A stretch of DNA of 64,000 nt from Saccostrea cucullata (Eukaryota): NCBI RefSeq assembly GCF_032062105.1, contig NW_026929349.1, forward strand, positions 62,001 through 126,000. The letters run 5' to 3'. A model generated the notes under the pieces. It saw only the letters and a program-made list of their open reading frames with translations, did no database searches and was not told the DNA's origin. The position numbers and the translations under genes are program-made. This document shows positions 61,684-64,000 of this stretch, piece after piece. The number at the start of each line of letters is the position of its first letter. The stretch's first letter is position 1.

Positions 61684-64000
61684 GCTATTGGAAACAAAAC
61701 ATAGATCTGTCCAATTAGATACTGCACATAAAAGAAGGTGCATATTGACAAATGCAATAACGTTTCCGTGAGTCTCTTAAAACTGTTTGGTGGTAAAGGA
61801 GAAAAAACGGATAAGAGACGAGTATTACTAATATTATAGAAAGAATGTCAGTGTCCATGTTTTGCAATGAGAAATCCCAGATATGTTTTCGATCGAAACA
61901 TAAAATTTGAGGACACAGTGTCGCTATATGAAATAAAGTTTTGTTAAAAGTATCATTAAACTGCTATCAGTAGCGTAAGAGGAGTTGCTGCTACTCTTAA
62001 GTATCACGGGCGTGCTCTCCTTCCTCATCACTATACCCCGACTTTTAAATGGTGGGTATAAAGTCATTAAATCCATCATCTTTTGAGATTAACAAATGAA
62101 TGGGGAAAAGAGAAGTTTTATTTGGTTCATGGTATATTTAAAAAGCAAAATATGATTTTATTTTTCGTCGCAGGACATGCGAATATACAAGAAATGATGT
62201 CAAGAAAGAGACGGTTAGACAATTTTATAAAATATTTCCCCTTTCCACAAAATTCTTGCAAGAATTTGACTGAGTTATAATGAGGACATTTTCTTCACAG
62301 TACAGATTCTTCTGAATATTTTTCAATATTTACTCTACTCAAGGTAGAGGACAACTGTCTTCCCTCAAATATTTATATATAAGCCATAACATTTTATGAA
62401 ATGTTATGGCTTATAGGAAAATTGTTTAAATAAAATACATGTATTAAACTGATCTGACAATTTTTAACCAAAATCAAAACATGAAAAAGCCAATGACCTC
62501 TTTTGGTATTAACTCTGGTATTAACCTGACATTTTTGACGTCAAGGGTGCTATTTGTTTTATGTTTCTCAATATAATGGCCATTAAGAAATTGCTAATAT
62601 AATTTCAGCTTTTATTGTCAACAGGAATGGTATGGAAAAATTGTTCATCGGGGAAATCCACACGCAAAGAAGATCTGTGTGCTATTTTAGGGTGTGATTT
62701 TCCTCAATGAAACATATTTAAATATCCTCTAAATACAATAAAACAATCCCCAAAAAGTGTAGATAATGTTGTTGGAGTTTGCACAATGATTGTTATGTCA
62801 AATACTGATGAAGTACTGATAAAGAATCAATACGCCTGTATGGACATCGATTTTTTACATTAATATTATTTGTTTTCTAAAAATAAATAGGTGGATTATA
62901 AAAGTGGATTATATATGTTTCCATATTTTCCCCCGGATACCTTAATTGAACGGCATTCCCACAAAAACTAAATTTTTATCCTGACCTTTCATAGTCATAC
63001 TTTGGAGACCTACTCTGTTGCTTTTAATTTCCCACAAGGCGGACACATCTTCGATACTGGAGCGACGTTTTCATTACGGTAAAAAATAAATCAATGATTG
63101 TTTATAAGTGTAATCAAAGGAAGTTTTAAACTATCTATCGATTCTGTGTTTAAATTCAATCATTGCTACTGTTTAAAGTTATAAGATTTTACTTGTAAAT
63201 TCGGTTAAAATGTTTCGTGTCAATATTCTCAAATGAATTGAAAATGAATTGCACCGTAGATGCCTTTTAAGCCCTTTACATTGATCAATACTATTATATT
63301 GTATTGTTTTCGAATACCCTTGTAAACCAGATGAGAGGCAAAAATTAATCTTAGTTTTAATATCAGAATACCTGTCAAACATCCACTTTTTATGTTTTGG
63401 AACGTAGATGTTTGTCCATCATATAACTTCAAAGTCACGAAAAATCTTATTTTTAAAATCGGAATAAGTACATTTGTATATGGGTCAATTATCCACTTTT
63501 TTCTGTTTCAGAACATCGATGTTTGTCCATGCATTATATAACATCAGATCGACAAAACAAGATATATTCGCAATTTACATGATTTCCCTATAAGCCATAA
63601 CATTTTTATCTAAGTTCTATGCCTGTATAAAAACGTGACAATTATTTAATGCATTAAATCTCCATGCATTTTAAAAATCAATCTGTCTACTTTTGAAAAA
63701 CTTTTTTTTTTCTAAACATACTAACATTTTTTATTATCAGTTTCGGTCCAACAGTGAAATACTAAATAGTTAAAAGAAATACAGTGTACTTGCATAGTAT
63801 ATATATCCACAAAATTAAAATTTTGCAGGTACGATTCAAAGTACTTAAGGGTCTTTAAATCATGGAATTTGGTCATGGTGCAAAGTTAATAAAAGTAATT
63901 AATTGGAACCTGTTCTAAAAATTTGAAGAAGAATCTCTGCGATATCTCGAATATCATGGATATGCCTTAATAATTTTGAAGTCCCAATATCCTTTATGTA

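Noticed and set aside
63372-63438. Another phase-1 donor candidate for opsin exon 1 (ACAG|GTATTC)
   Set aside because: No ATG start in frame and no hydrophobic TM1 segment; exon 1 probably lies beyond the window.

Overview
AT-rich, repeat-dense animal genomic DNA. The repeat families look like those of bivalves (oyster-like; an inference). There is one 143-N gap at 40348-40490. The main gene is a minus-strand peropsin-like opsin. Five phase-compatible coding exons can be joined (56521-56359, 26678-26551, 25306-25210, 15602-15380, 13076-12807), giving TM1-TM7 with DRY, the retinal-binding Lys and NPVVY. The first exon was not found and probably lies beyond base 64000. Its introns are inflated by kb-scale tandem duplications, MITEs, Helentron-type elements, SINEs and Penelope-like remnants. 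A near-full-length non-LTR retrotransposon lies at about 5.45-10.66 kb, and the probable 5' end of an unidentified minus-strand gene lies at 2.0-2.8 kb. Three observations stand out. (1) A 309-bp insertion with a 4-bp TSD consists of two different tRNA-containing mini-LTRs facing each other, joined through one self-complementary tRNA-Lys primer-binding site. (2) A 19-unit minisatellite has a complete opsin 3' splice site as its unit. (3) The LINE ORF1 and ORF2 share a frame, separated by one TAG in an MLV-like readthrough context, with no usable ATG for ORF2.
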